A DNA stretch of 64,000 bases from Rhizobiaceae bacterium (GCA_040830725.1 JBFOMG010000004.1:7567-71566); one strand, 5' to 3'. Positions 25,928 to 36,577 are shown, counted from the first letter of the stretch. Translations and numbers: made by a program. Notes: a model not told the origin generated them from the letters alone.

Positions 25928-27499
25928 ATGCAGGAAAAACGAAAAAGATTTGTGATTGTCGGCGGAGGAACGGCGGGATGGATTGCCGCGCTGATGATGC
26001 AAAAACATGCGGCACAGAACAAACTGCCGATTGACATCACTGTGGTTGAATCAAGCAAGATTCCAACAATTGGCGTCGGCGAAGGCACGACCGCCGTTTT
26101 CCGGCAGATTCTGTTTGAGCTGAAGTTGGACGAAGTTGAATTCGTCCGAGAAACCGGAGCGACGATCAAATTCGGCATTCGTCACAAGGAGTGGAAGCGA
26201 AAGGGACACAGCTACGACGGCCCTATCGATGATCCCAATCTCCTCGCGCCAAACCCCGCATTCTCCCCCGCCGAACAAGCCTCTGCACTCGATGTATATG
26301 CAGTTTCTGCCGGTAAGGGTGTGGCCGGAACCCACCTGTTTCAACATCTCATGCTCAGGGAAAAGAGCCCCTTCGGCCTTGATGAAGCGACCGGCGAACT
26401 CATCCCTTCCGGCCCTTTCCAGCACGCATTTCATTTTGACCAGTCGCAAGTCGGAGCCTGGTTGCGGAAAAAGGCCAGCGGCATTGAACATATTGACGCC
26501 GAGGTAGACAACGCACGAAAAAACAACGAGACGGGCGACCTGGAAGCACTTGTCCTGTCTGATGGACGGGAAGTCTCGGGCGATTTCTTTTTCGACTGCA
26601 CCGGTTTCCGCAAAAAACTCATCGGCGACATCATGGGAGCGAAATGGGTTTCTTATGCGGATACATTGCCGGTCAATCGCGCCATGCCTTTCTGGATTGA
26701 GCACGATGAAAGCAAGGACATTGCACCGCTGACGCTCGCGTGGGCGCAAAAGGCCGGTTGGATGTGGTCCATTCCCACGCGCGAACGCATTGGCTGCGGA
26801 TACGTGTATTCCGACGAATTCACGACGCCTGATCAGGCCAAGTCGGAAATCGAAACAGCGCTTGGCCATGAGATCGAACCACGCAATGACATCAGGTTCG
26901 TTGGCGGGCGGCTGGACAGAGCCTGGATCAAAAACTGTTTGTCGTTGGGTTTGTCATCCAGTTTTCTGGAGCCCCTTGAAGCCACCTCCATTCACGGCAC
27001 GATCGTACAGCTTATGCTTTTTACGAAATTCCACATGAAGGACGCAGCTGGAGCCAGCGATCAGACGCGCGATCATTTCAACCACGCAGTTGAGCGGCAG
27101 CTGGATGATTTCCGCACGTTCATCAACATCCATTATGCCGGTCAGCGTGAAGAACCTTTCTGGCAACATGTGCGAGAAAACTGCATGCACGAGAAAGCAC
27201 GTGAAATGCTTGCCCATTGGTCAGGCAACATGCCACGGCGGACCGATTTTGCGGCATTTCCCGGAGATCTGCCTCATATCAATGAACAACTCTACTACCC
27301 GGTACTGGACGGGCTGGGACTGTTGGACCCCAAGGTCGCAAAAACCGACATGGCCGCACGACCAAAGGTCCGGGCGCACGCACGCAAAGCCACCGACGCA
27401 ATGATACGAGACTTCCGGCAGGCCGCAGGCAAATGTATTGGGCATCGGGAATATCTGGACAAGGTAGCTGAAGGCAGCGTCAGCTTCAGTTGGCATTGA
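25928..27499 (+). CDS. flavin-dependent halogenase (tryptophan halogenase family)
   Basis: 523 aa. FAD motif IVGGGTAGWIAA, GVGEGT, and the halogenase signature GWMWSIP (WxWxIP). Confidence 0.85.
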   Translation: MQEKRKRFVIVGGGTAGWIAALMMQKHAAQNKLPIDITVVESSKIPTIGVGEGTTAVFRQILFELKLDEVEFVRETGATIKFGIRHKEWKRKGHSYDGPIDDPNLLAPNPAFSPAEQASALDVYAVSAGKGVAGTHLFQHLMLREKSPFGLDEATGELIPSGPFQHAFHFDQSQVGAWLRKKASGIEHIDAEVDNARKNNETGDLEALVLSDGREVSGDFFFDCTGFRKKLIGDIMGAKWVSYADTLPVNRAMPFWIEHDESKDIAPLTLAWAQKAGWMWSIPTRERIGCGYVYSDEFTTPDQAKSEIETALGHEIEPRNDIRFVGGRLDRAWIKNCLSLGLSSSFLEPLEATSIHGTIVQLMLFTKFHMKDAAGASDQTRDHFNHAVERQLDDFRTFINIHYAGQREEPFWQHVRENCMHEKAREMLAHWSGNMPRRTDFAAFPGDLPHINEQLYYPVLDGLGLLDPKVAKTDMAARPKVRAHARKATDAMIRDFRQAAGKCIGHREYLDKVAEGSVSFSWH

Positions 27500-27643
27500 A
27501 CACCAAACTTTGAGGACAAGACGTATTTGAAACCGAATGTGCCTGTTGAAAACCACTCTTGAAATCCCACCTTCCCCTTGCCCTAAAAAACCGTTAGAAG
27601 CGCCCGACATTTCAACAAGCCGCAATCTCCGAGGAATCAAAAC

Positions 27644-27925
27644 GTGTCCGAAATCTTCGACAAGGTCGCCGACATCATCGCCGAAACCAGCGAGATCGAT
27701 CGCGATACTATTACACCTGACAGCCATACAATCGACGATCTCGGGATCGACAGCCTTGATTTCCTCGACATCGTATTTGCCATCGACAAGGAATTCGGCA
27801 TCAAGATACCGCTTGAAAAATGGACCCAGGAAGTCAATGACGGAAATGCTCCGACCGAGGAGTACTTTGTCATGAAGAACCTGTGCGGGAAAATTGGTGA
27901 ACTGATCGAGGCCAAAGAAGCCTGA
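27644..27925 (+). CDS. acpXL: specialised acyl carrier protein (AcpXL type)
   Basis: 93 aa. [23 protein letters not shown] phosphopantetheine site. GTG start. Context with two KS genes, an MDR dehydrogenase and the lipid A acyltransferase. Confidence 0.85.
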   Translation: MSEIFDKVADIIAETSEIDRDTITPDSHTIDDLGIDSLDFLDIVFAIDKEFGIKIPLEKWTQEVNDGNAPTEEYFVMKNLCGKIGELIEAKEA

Positions 27926-28040
27926 CTTCTGCCTTTGAACAGGATTGACTTGGCAGCTACATTGACGTTGCGGCCTGGCTGGCGCGTTTGGCCGGCTCAA
28001 AACCCTTGACGACAACCCGAGGCTGTCGCAAGAGCGGCCC

Positions 28041-29255
28041 ATGAAAAACAACGAAGTCGTGATAACGGGCATCGGGTTGGTTTCGTCGCTCGGCGAAGGC
28101 CGCGAAGCAAATCTGAATGCATTGAACACCGATCCGGTTCCCTCGGTAATCGACAACGAGCGGTTCGCGCCCTACCCGGTTCACCCTCTACCCGAGATCG
28201 ACTGGAGCACGCAGATCGCCAAGCGGGGCGATCTTCGCCAAATGGACGGCTGGCAGCGGCTGGGTGTCCACACGGCCGGTCTGGCGCTTGATGATGCCGG
28301 TTTGAAGGGTGACGAAACGCTCTGCGGCACCATGGACATGATTGTTGCGGCGGCAGGAGGTGAGCGCGATCAGGAGGTGGATGAGGCCATCCTGGAGGCT
28401 GCTCTGTCCAGAAACGACCGTGACGTCTTGCTAAACGAAAAACTGACCACGGAACTGCGGCCGACCCTGTTTCTGGCCCAATTGTCAAACCTCATGGCGG
28501 GGAACATCTCGATCGTCCACAAAGTAACCGGTTCGTCACGTACGTTCATGGGTGAGGAAGGCTCCGGTATTTCGGCTGTTGAACACGCGGTTGCCCGCAT
28601 CCGGTCCGGCCAATCCACCCATGCGTTGGTCGGCGGTGCCTATTATACAGAGAGCCTGGATTTTCTTCTGACGTTCGAGTTCGGCCAATATCTGCACCAG
28701 GGGCAATGGAAACCGCTGTGGCAACGGCAAAGTGATCCGGGAGGAGGTCTGATCCTGGGTTCCGGTTCAGCGTTTCTGGTTCTCGAGGAACGTTCCCACG
28801 CGGATGCCCGTGGAGCCAACAAATATGCGGCGATTGAAGAAGTCGTATCGGGGCAAGCTCAAAGACATTCCGGATCCTATGACGCATCGCTCGGGCAGTT
28901 ATTTGGGCGGATTTCCGATGGGCACGACATCGACCTTCTAATAACCGGGGCCTCCGGTTCTGACCTGGCAACGAAGGCAGAATTGCAGGTTCTGGACAAG
29001 GTGGAGGCAAAAGCGGTTCGGGCGCTTTCCTCCGCTACCGGCCATCTCAAGGAAGCGCAATTTCCATTCGCGGTCGCCGCGGCAGCATTGGCCATACACC
29101 AGAATAAATGTTTTCCCGAGTTCTCACCAGCTGAAGAGAGCGCCTATGACGGACCGGTGTCCTCGGCGATTGCGACGACCGTCGGCTATCACCGAGCGGA
29201 AGGTGCAGCGCGAATTTCTAAGCCTGGATCACAGCGAAAACGGAGCGATCCATGA
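28041..29255 (+). CDS. ketosynthase-like protein lacking the catalytic Cys and first His (FabF2XL position)
   Basis: 404 aa. Aligned to the downstream FabF, active-site Cys corresponds to Glu173 (GAA at 28557-28559, MGEEGSG) and AHGTST corresponds to TGASGS. Confidence 0.75.
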   Translation: MKNNEVVITGIGLVSSLGEGREANLNALNTDPVPSVIDNERFAPYPVHPLPEIDWSTQIAKRGDLRQMDGWQRLGVHTAGLALDDAGLKGDETLCGTMDMIVAAAGGERDQEVDEAILEAALSRNDRDVLLNEKLTTELRPTLFLAQLSNLMAGNISIVHKVTGSSRTFMGEEGSGISAVEHAVARIRSGQSTHALVGGAYYTESLDFLLTFEFGQYLHQGQWKPLWQRQSDPGGGLILGSGSAFLVLEERSHADARGANKYAAIEEVVSGQAQRHSGSYDASLGQLFGRISDGHDIDLLITGASGSDLATKAELQVLDKVEAKAVRALSSATGHLKEAQFPFAVAAAALAIHQNKCFPEFSPAEESAYDGPVSSAIATTVGYHRAEGAARISKPGSQRKRSDP

Positions 29256-30526
29256 CAGACATGACTGATCACAAAGGCCGCCCGATTGTCGTTGTGACCG
29301 GCATCGGTGTCATAACTTCGCTCGGCTCGGGCAAGAAGGAGAATTGGCAGGCGCTAACCTCGGGGAACTCGGGCATACACTCAATCACCCGTTTTCCGAT
29401 CAACGATTTGGCGACCACGATGGCCGGTACGGTTGATTTTCTCGAAACCGGTGACAAAGGCATCGTCGCACATACCTACAATCTTGCGGCGCTTTCGGCT
29501 GAGGAGGCACTGGATCAAGCAGGCCTCAACGGCGGATCATTTGGAGGGCCATTGTTCCTTGCCGCACCTCCGGTCGAAATTGACTGGAACCAGCGCTACA
29601 GCCTGTTTGACCGCGGCAAGAGCGAATTGTCCGGCTATGCGCGCCTTTTGGATGCCGCTCGCGAGGGTCAAGCCGTGGAAATGTTCGATAATATCCAGTT
29701 TGGAACGATTGCCGATCAGATTGCCGCAAAATTCGGCACCACGGGCCTTCCCGTGACCTTGTCGACAGCTTGCGCATCCGGTGCGACCGCAATTCAACTT
29801 GGTGTGGAGGCAATTCGCCGCGGTGAGTGTGACCGGGCTATCTCCATTGGTGCCGATGGATCAGCGTCTGAAGAGGCGCTTATTCGTTTCTCGCTTCTAT
29901 CGGCACTGTCGACGCAAAACGATGTACCGGAAAGGGCTTCAAAACCATTCTCCAAGGACCGGGACGGATTTGTGCTCGCCGAGGGTTCCGCAGCTTTAGT
30001 GCTGGAATCGCTTGAAAGTGCAGCAGCACGGGGCGCCGAAATTCTCGGTGTGATGAAAGGATGCGGCGAGAAGGCCGACGATTTTCACCGTACCCGCTCC
30101 AAACCCGACGGCTCCCCGGCCATCGCTGCGGTGGAAGCGGCATTGGACGATGCCGGCATAAGCGCCGATGACATCGAATATATCAACGCCCATGGCACTT
30201 CGACGCCAGAAAACGACAAGATGGAACATCTTTCGCTATCGCATGTGTTCGGCAATCGATTGCCTACAATCCCGATTTCATCGAATAAATCGATGATCGG
30301 TCACACATTGTCGGCAGCCGGTGCAATCGAGGCAGCGTTTTCGCTGATGACGATGCGCGAAAGTGTGATTCCGCCGACAATCAACTATGATAATCCGGAC
30401 CCGGCCATCGAGCTCGATGTCGTTCCAAACCGTGCGCGCAAGACAGATGTTTCCAATGTCCTGTCCAATTCCTTTGGTTTTGGCGGACAGAACGCTTGTC
30501 TTGTCATGGCACGGGAACCGGTCTAA
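29252..30526 (+). CDS. beta-ketoacyl-ACP synthase II (FabF1XL position)
   Basis: 424 aa. LSTACASGATAI, NAHGTSTPENDK and GHTLSAAG catalytic triad motifs. ATGA overlap with the upstream gene. Confidence 0.88.
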   Translation: MTDMTDHKGRPIVVVTGIGVITSLGSGKKENWQALTSGNSGIHSITRFPINDLATTMAGTVDFLETGDKGIVAHTYNLAALSAEEALDQAGLNGGSFGGPLFLAAPPVEIDWNQRYSLFDRGKSELSGYARLLDAAREGQAVEMFDNIQFGTIADQIAAKFGTTGLPVTLSTACASGATAIQLGVEAIRRGECDRAISIGADGSASEEALIRFSLLSALSTQNDVPERASKPFSKDRDGFVLAEGSAALVLESLESAAARGAEILGVMKGCGEKADDFHRTRSKPDGSPAIAAVEAALDDAGISADDIEYINAHGTSTPENDKMEHLSLSHVFGNRLPTIPISSNKSMIGHTLSAAGAIEAAFSLMTMRESVIPPTINYDNPDPAIELDVVPNRARKTDVSNVLSNSFGFGGQNACLVMAREPV

Positions 30527-30560
30527 GCGACGATCCTGATTGAGCAATCCGGAAAAACCC

Positions 30561-31592
30561 ATGCGCGCATTGCAACTGATCGAGGATCGCAAACTCGAAA
30601 CCGTCGAGATTGAGTCTCCCGCAGATCCAGGGCCGGGAGAAGCCATCGTAAAGATATCGGCTGTAGCGCTAAACCACATTGATGTGTGGGGCTGGCGCGG
30701 CATGGCATTCGCGAAACGAAAGCTGCCTTTGACCGTCGGCGCAGAAGCTTCCGGAATCGTGCAAGCGATCGGTGCCGGTGTTTCCAATGTGTTGCCGGGG
30801 CAACTTGTTTCAATTTATGGCGCGTTGACCTGCGGACTGTGCGGTCCCTGCAGCGAGAACCGTGATAATCTGTGTGAAAACGTCGGCGGCGTCCATGGAT
30901 TTCACCTGGATGGATTTGCTCAGGAATTGGCAAAATTGCCGGCTCGAAACCTGGTTCCGGCACCGCCCGGTATTGACGCCGTTGCTGCGGCAGTTGCCCC
31001 GGTTACGTTCGGAACTGTCGAACACATGCTGTTTGACAATGCGCGGCTTCAACCGGGTGAAACAATTCTTGTTCAGGCTGGCGGATCAGGCATCGGCACC
31101 GCGGCCATTCAACTGGCAAAAGCCATGGGATGCACTGTCATCACAACTGTCGGATCTAATGAAAAGGGCGAGAAGGCATCTGCACTCGGTGCAGACCACG
31201 TCATCAACTACCGTGAAGACCGCTTTGAAGGGGTGGTAAGAAAGATCACCCGCAAGAAAGGGGTCGATGTCGTTTTCGAGCACGTCGGTGCGGACACCTG
31301 GGCAGGCTCGCTGTTGTCGATGAAGCGCGGAGGGCGCCTCGTTACCTGCGGTTCAACGTCCGGTGTATCGACGTCGATGAACCTCATGCAGTTGTTTCAA
31401 CAGCAGCTGAAAATATTCGGTTCATTTGGTTGCCGGATGCAAAACATGGCCGATGCGATGCAAAAAATGGCCCGCGGCATCGTCCACCCGGTGGTTGATG
31501 CCGAGGTTGGATTTGACGACATTGATACGGCACTTTCGCGCATGGAAAGCCGCGACGTTTTCGGCAAAATCATTTTGCGGCTCGATGCGTAA
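30561..31592 (+). CDS. zinc-type medium-chain dehydrogenase/reductase (AdhA2XL position)
   Basis: MRALQLIEDRKLE start (TTG at 30540 is the alternative). GGSGIGTAAIQLAK Rossmann motif. Confidence 0.8.
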   Translation: MRALQLIEDRKLETVEIESPADPGPGEAIVKISAVALNHIDVWGWRGMAFAKRKLPLTVGAEASGIVQAIGAGVSNVLPGQLVSIYGALTCGLCGPCSENRDNLCENVGGVHGFHLDGFAQELAKLPARNLVPAPPGIDAVAAAVAPVTFGTVEHMLFDNARLQPGETILVQAGGSGIGTAAIQLAKAMGCTVITTVGSNEKGEKASALGADHVINYREDRFEGVVRKITRKKGVDVVFEHVGADTWAGSLLSMKRGGRLVTCGSTSGVSTSMNLMQLFQQQLKIFGSFGCRMQNMADAMQKMARGIVHPVVDAEVGFDDIDTALSRMESRDVFGKIILRLDA

Positions 31593-31606
31593 CTCATAAC
31601 AAACCG

Positions 31607-32524
31607 ATGAAACCTTCCACGGCGATTGCCCTGAACCGCATCAAACGGCCTGTTGACTGGCTTGTGGCCAAGCTGATCATGCTAGTGCTGAGGTTTCTTC
31701 GACTTTTTCCGGCAAAACCTGCACTCAATTTTGTTGGCGCGGCAGCACGAAAAATCGGCCCTCTCATGGGACGGCACCGTACCGCGTTGGCCAATCTTCG
31801 CCAGGCCTATCCAGAAAAATCCGAGGAAGAGTTGCTCCAAATCGCGCTCGACATGTGGGAAAACATGGGAAAACTCGCGACCGAGTACATCTTTCTCGAC
31901 CGGTTGGCCGGGTTTGTCGGAGAAGGTGCAGATTCCCCGAACGTGGAGTGGAAAGGTATCGATACCTTCAACCGCATTCGCGACGGTGGCAAACCAACCA
32001 TATTCTTCACAGCGCATATGGGTAATTTTGAGCTTCTGCCGATTACAGCCAAGCAATATGGGCTGCCAATGACGGCGCTGTTTCGTCCACCCAACAACCA
32101 GTTTATCGCAGAGGAAGTCGCCAAGGTCAGAAATATGTCGATGGACAATTTGCTGGCTTCTCGGGTTGGCGCAGCCTTCACTCTGGCCAGAATTCTCGAC
32201 AACGGAGGCAATATCGGCGCTCTGGTCGATCAGAAATTCAGCCACGGAGTGGCGTCGACTTTTTTCGGCAGGGAGTGCAAGACAAACCCGCTTCTGGCAA
32301 AGCTTGCACGTCAATTTGACTGCGATATTCATCCTTGCCGGTGTCTCCGGCTGCCTGGCAACAGGTACCGAATTGAAATCATGGAAAAGATAGATCCTCC
32401 ACGTGACAAGGAGGGACGGATTGACGTTCCCGGCACCGTTCAGCTGTTCAACGATATTGTAGAGAGCTGGATTCGCGAATATCCCGGCCAGTGGATGTGG
32501 TTCCACCGGCGATGGACTGTTTGA
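31607..32524 (+). CDS. lpxXL: lipid A late acyltransferase (HtrB/MsbB family, LpxXL type)
   Basis: 305 aa. FFTAHMGNFELL (HX4E-type acyltransferase motif) and C-terminal YPGQWMWFHRRW. Confidence 0.85.
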   Translation: MKPSTAIALNRIKRPVDWLVAKLIMLVLRFLRLFPAKPALNFVGAAARKIGPLMGRHRTALANLRQAYPEKSEEELLQIALDMWENMGKLATEYIFLDRLAGFVGEGADSPNVEWKGIDTFNRIRDGGKPTIFFTAHMGNFELLPITAKQYGLPMTALFRPPNNQFIAEEVAKVRNMSMDNLLASRVGAAFTLARILDNGGNIGALVDQKFSHGVASTFFGRECKTNPLLAKLARQFDCDIHPCRCLRLPGNRYRIEIMEKIDPPRDKEGRIDVPGTVQLFNDIVESWIREYPGQWMWFHRRWTV

Positions 32525-32574
32525 ACCGATGATATCCTTTTCGGCTGGCCATGCTTGGTGGTTAGCTGAATCAA

Positions 32575-33507
32575 TCAGGCTACTGCCGCAATTCCTCGAC
32601 TTCGGAAAAACGCTGCGACCGCGAATCCCGAGATGATGTGCCAGACGCCCCACCAGGCCGCGACAATGGCCATGCCTCCGAGACCATCGAAGAAATTGAA
32701 AATTAGGATCAGGCCCAGGCCGGAATTCTGTATGCCGGTTTCAATCGAAATTGCGCGGCGGTCACGCTCCGGCAACCCGCTTGCAAAAGCGATCCCATAT
32801 CCTCCGGACAGTGCGATTGCGTTGTGCACCAAGACCAGCAGGAACACGACGCCGACATAGTCGAGAAAATGCTGCCAATTTGCCGCCAGCGCACCGATGA
32901 CAAATGCGGCGAAAATCAGCATTGAGATGATCCGCATCGGCCCTCTCAATCTTTCAGCCAGTTTCGTGTAGCGGGCGTTGACGGTCATCCCCAGTATCAG
33001 AGGTACCACCAGCAGTATGGCGACCGTAAAGGCCATCTGAAGTGGACTGACACTGGTTTCGCGCACGAGAGCAGCCGACGGCTCGTAGAATGAACCCCAG
33101 AACGCGAGATTGAATGGAGTCATGATTACGGCCGACATGGTAGCCACCGCCGTCAGCGAAACAGACAGGGCGGTCGTTCCCCCTGCCCTGTGCGTAAAAA
33201 AGTTCGAAATGTTCCCACCGGGACAAGCTGCGACCATCATCATTCCCAGCGCAACGCTTGCCTGCGGCTGGATTAGAATGACAAGGAGAAAGGTCGCGGC
33301 CGGCAGAAAAATGAACTGCGAACCGAACCCTGCCAGGAACGCCACCGGCGCACGCAGAAGCCTTTGAAAATCTTCAATTTTCAGATCGAGCGCAACGCCG
33401 AACATGACGATGCCAAGAATGAAATTGAGCAGCAACAAACTGCCGGGCGAGAAATTCAGAGCGACGTCGTCAAGGGGTGTCATCGCCGGTATCGGCCTCC
33501 CGTCCAT
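32575..33507 (-). CDS. bile acid:sodium symporter (BASS) family transporter
   Basis: 310 aa, polytopic membrane protein. ACPGGNISNFF and ETGIQNSGLG motifs. Confidence 0.85.
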   Translation of the reverse strand: MDGRPIPAMTPLDDVALNFSPGSLLLLNFILGIVMFGVALDLKIEDFQRLLRAPVAFLAGFGSQFIFLPAATFLLVILIQPQASVALGMMMVAACPGGNISNFFTHRAGGTTALSVSLTAVATMSAVIMTPFNLAFWGSFYEPSAALVRETSVSPLQMAFTVAILLVVPLILGMTVNARYTKLAERLRGPMRIISMLIFAAFVIGALAANWQHFLDYVGVVFLLVLVHNAIALSGGYGIAFASGLPERDRRAISIETGIQNSGLGLILIFNFFDGLGGMAIVAAWWGVWHIISGFAVAAFFRSRGIAAVA

Positions 33508-33651
33508 GGAATTTTGTTATTTTGATTATCGGTAACACGCGATCGCCGCGCATTCCACCGCAAGGTCTGCGTAATTGCGATCTACCTCTGGATTTTTGCG
33601 CCCACGGCACTATTCAAGGTTTCGATAGTTTTATTGATATCGGATCATCCA

Positions 33652-35271
33652 ATGACCACTCCAATGCCTGCCGGCCTGTTTCCGCTCGGTGAAGATCACA
33701 CGACCTATCGCAAACTGACCGGAGATTTCGTGTCAACTGAGACATTCAAAGGACAGGAAATCCTGACCGTCGACCCTGAGGCGCTTCGCCTGTTGTCGGA
33801 GACCGCTTTCGGTGACATCAATCACCTGCTGCGACCAGGCCACCTGAAACAGCTCGCTTCAATCCTGGAAGACCCGGAAGCTACCGACAATGACCGCTTC
33901 GTTGCCTACGATTTGCTGAAAAACGCCAATATCGCGGCCGGTGGGGTGCTGCCGATGTGCCAGGATACCGGCACAGCGATTGTCATGGGCAAGAAAGGCC
34001 GCCTTGTGTGGACCGAGGGAGGCGATTCCGAACAGCTCGGTCAAGGCGTGCGCGATGCCTATGAGCGCAAGAATTTGCGCTATTCCCAACTGGCGCCGCT
34101 TTCAATGTTCGAGGAAAAAAACACCCGAAATAACCTGCCTGCTCAGATCGACATCTACGAAGAGGGGGAGGACGCCTACAAATTCCTTTTCATTGCCAAG
34201 GGTGGCGGTTCGGCAAACAAGACGTTTCTCTATCAGGGTACGCCGTCATTGCTCACCCATGACCGGTTAATCGAGTTTCTCAAAGAGAAGATACTGACAC
34301 TCGGCACGGCTGCCTGCCCGCCATATCATCTGGCGATTGTCATTGGTGGTACCTCGGCAGAAATGAACCTCAAGACCGTGAAACTGGCTTCAACCCGCTA
34401 TCTCGACACGCTGCCGACCGAAGGCAGCGACAATGGACACGCTTTCCGCGATCTGGAAATGGAGGCAGAGGTACACAGGCTTACACAGCAGATGGGTGTT
34501 GGTGCCCAGTTCGGCGGCAAGTATTTTTGCCACGATGTGCGCGTCATTCGCCTGCCCCGGCACGGCGCTTCGTTGCCTATTGGCCTTGGCGTTTCATGCT
34601 CCGCCGACCGGCAGGCGCTTGGCAAAATCACCAAAGACGGCGTTTTCATCGAGGCGCTGGAAACGGATCCTTCGAAATACATGCCCGATATCGACGAGGA
34701 TGCACTGACCAGCCACGTTGTCGAAGTCGACCTTAACCGGCCAATGGCTGAAATCCTCGGCGAATTGAGCAAGCATCCGGTAAAAACAAGGCTTTCTCTC
34801 AGCGGCTCGATTATCGTGGCCCGCGATCTGGCGCATGCGAAAATCCGCGAGCGGCTCGAAAATGACGAGCCGATGCCGGACTATTTCAAGAACCACCCGA
34901 TCTACTATGCCGGTCCGGCGAAAACGCCGGAAGGCTATGCATCAGGTTCTTTCGGTCCGACAACCGCCGGACGGATGGATTCCTTCGTCGACCAGTTCCA
35001 GTCATTTGGTGGCTCAATGGTCATGCTCGCCAAGGGCAACCGTTCGCGCACCGTTCGTGAGGCGTGCAAACGTCATGGTGGGTTTTATCTCGGCTCGATC
35101 GGCGGCCCCGCCGCGCGGCTGGCTCAGGACTGCATCAAGAAGGTCGAAGTGGTGGAATATCCCGAACTGGGCATGGAGGCCATCTGGCGCATTGAGGTGG
35201 AAAATTTTCCCGCTTTCATCGTTATTGACGACAAGGGCAATGACTTTTTCAAGGAGCTGAATCTTGGGTAG
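33652..35271 (+). CDS. fumA: class I (Fe-S) fumarate hydratase
   Basis: [15 protein letters not shown] and KGGGSANK motifs and C-terminal beta domain [12 protein letters not shown] at 33652 preferred over the track start 33634. Confidence 0.9.
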   Translation: MTTPMPAGLFPLGEDHTTYRKLTGDFVSTETFKGQEILTVDPEALRLLSETAFGDINHLLRPGHLKQLASILEDPEATDNDRFVAYDLLKNANIAAGGVLPMCQDTGTAIVMGKKGRLVWTEGGDSEQLGQGVRDAYERKNLRYSQLAPLSMFEEKNTRNNLPAQIDIYEEGEDAYKFLFIAKGGGSANKTFLYQGTPSLLTHDRLIEFLKEKILTLGTAACPPYHLAIVIGGTSAEMNLKTVKLASTRYLDTLPTEGSDNGHAFRDLEMEAEVHRLTQQMGVGAQFGGKYFCHDVRVIRLPRHGASLPIGLGVSCSADRQALGKITKDGVFIEALETDPSKYMPDIDEDALTSHVVEVDLNRPMAEILGELSKHPVKTRLSLSGSIIVARDLAHAKIRERLENDEPMPDYFKNHPIYYAGPAKTPEGYASGSFGPTTAGRMDSFVDQFQSFGGSMVMLAKGNRSRTVREACKRHGGFYLGSIGGPAARLAQDCIKKVEVVEYPELGMEAIWRIEVENFPAFIVIDDKGNDFFKELNLG

Positions 35272-35469
35272 TCTTTCGGACTAGGGTGGACAACAATTCG
35301 TCGTCTAATGTACGATTTGGCAAAACGCCATGAAAAAAACCTTTGAGTCCAGTTCGGCGATTAACGATCCCAGTTAACCCCACATTCACCTTGTGCGCGC
35401 CGTCACAGCGTTTCTCCTCTATATCCCGGATAACAGCGTCAACACCGGAACTTGAGAGGAACAAATCCG

Positions 35470-36087
35470 ATGAAACGCTTTTTGACCACACTTTGCGCCG
35501 CAACGATCGCCGCAACCGCCGCCATGACAGCAGCTCCCGCACCAGCAGAAGCCGGTGTGTTCTCGAAATTCATGCAGGGCGGTCAGGAGCGCGTGAATCC
35601 CGTCAAGCGCGTTGCGGTAAGGAATTCCAACGCTTCTCCCATCCCGCGCGAAACAGTTCGTTTTGATGAACCTGCTTCTGCCGGCACCATCATCGTCGAG
35701 ACGTCAGAACGCCGCCTTTACTATGTGCTCGGCAATGGATTGGCGATCAAATATGCGATTGGCGTTGCCCGGCCAGGCTTTGAATGGGCCGGCACCAACC
35801 GGATCAGCCGCAAGGCCGAGTGGCCGGACTGGCGTCCGCCGGCAGAGATGATTGCGCGCGAAGCCCGCAAAGGCCGTAAACTTCCCGCTTTCATGGCCGG
35901 AGGCCCGAATAATCCGCTGGGCGCGCGCGCCATGTATCTCGGTTCGACGATCTATCGTATCCACGGCACCAATCAGCCTTGGACCATCGACAAGAACATG
36001 TCTTCGGGTTGCATCCGCATGGCCAACGATGATGTGACGCACCTTTACCAACAGGCAAAGATCGGGGCCAAAGTTATCGTCCGTTGA
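35470..36087 (+). CDS. L,D-transpeptidase (YkuD domain)
   Basis: Signal peptide MKRFLTTLCAATIAATAAMTAAPAPAEA. YRIHGTN...SSGCIRM catalytic motif. Confidence 0.85.
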   Translation: MKRFLTTLCAATIAATAAMTAAPAPAEAGVFSKFMQGGQERVNPVKRVAVRNSNASPIPRETVRFDEPASAGTIIVETSERRLYYVLGNGLAIKYAIGVARPGFEWAGTNRISRKAEWPDWRPPAEMIAREARKGRKLPAFMAGGPNNPLGARAMYLGSTIYRIHGTNQPWTIDKNMSSGCIRMANDDVTHLYQQAKIGAKVIVR

Positions 36088-36117
36088 TCTGGTCGGAAAA
36101 TTGATAAAAGATTGCAG

Positions 36118-36146
36118 CGGCCGGAACTGACCGGCCGTTTGCTGTT
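36118..36146 (+). terminator. intrinsic terminator after the L,D-transpeptidase gene
   Basis: CGGCCGG-AACTGA-CCGGCCG hairpin followed by TTTGCTGTT. Confidence 0.6.
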
Positions 36147-36157
36147 GGAGGATCAGT

Positions 36158-36559
36158 TTGAAGAAGGGTTTCCAGGCGCTGCTCGACGAGGCCAATGCCG
36201 AAATAAAAGCGATTTCTCCGCAAGAGGCGGCAGAAATGGCAAAATCAGATGATGTCACCCTGGTAGACATTCGTGATATTCGCGAACTGAATCGCGAAGG
36301 CCGGATCAATGGCGCGATCCACGCACCACGCGGTATGCTGGAGTTCTGGGTCGATCCGGAAAGTCCCTATCATCGCGACGTCTTCGCATCAGGCAATACC
36401 TTCGTCTTTTTTTGCGCGGCGGGCTGGCGTTCTGCGCTTGCGACCAAATCGATGCAAGAGATGGGCCTTGAACCCGTCATGCATATCGAAGGCGGTTTCG
36501 CTGCCTGGAAGGAAGCGGAATTGCCGATCAACGAGCCCGATGCAGCGAAAAAGAGCTGA
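36158..36559 (+). CDS. rhodanese-like sulfurtransferase domain protein
   Basis: 133 aa. Active-site loop FFCAAGWRS. TTG start. Confidence 0.8.
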   Translation: MKKGFQALLDEANAEIKAISPQEAAEMAKSDDVTLVDIRDIRELNREGRINGAIHAPRGMLEFWVDPESPYHRDVFASGNTFVFFCAAGWRSALATKSMQEMGLEPVMHIEGGFAAWKEAELPINEPDAAKKS

Positions 36560-36577
36560 GCGGTAGGTCAGCCACTA

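Noticed and set aside
25928-32524. Reading the halogenase, ACP, two KS genes, reductase and acyltransferase as a halogenated polyketide biosynthetic gene cluster.
   Set aside because: Gene content and order from acpXL to the HtrB/MsbB-type acyltransferase match the known lipid A very-long-chain fatty acid cluster. Only the halogenase adjacency is kept, as a low-interest speculative finding.
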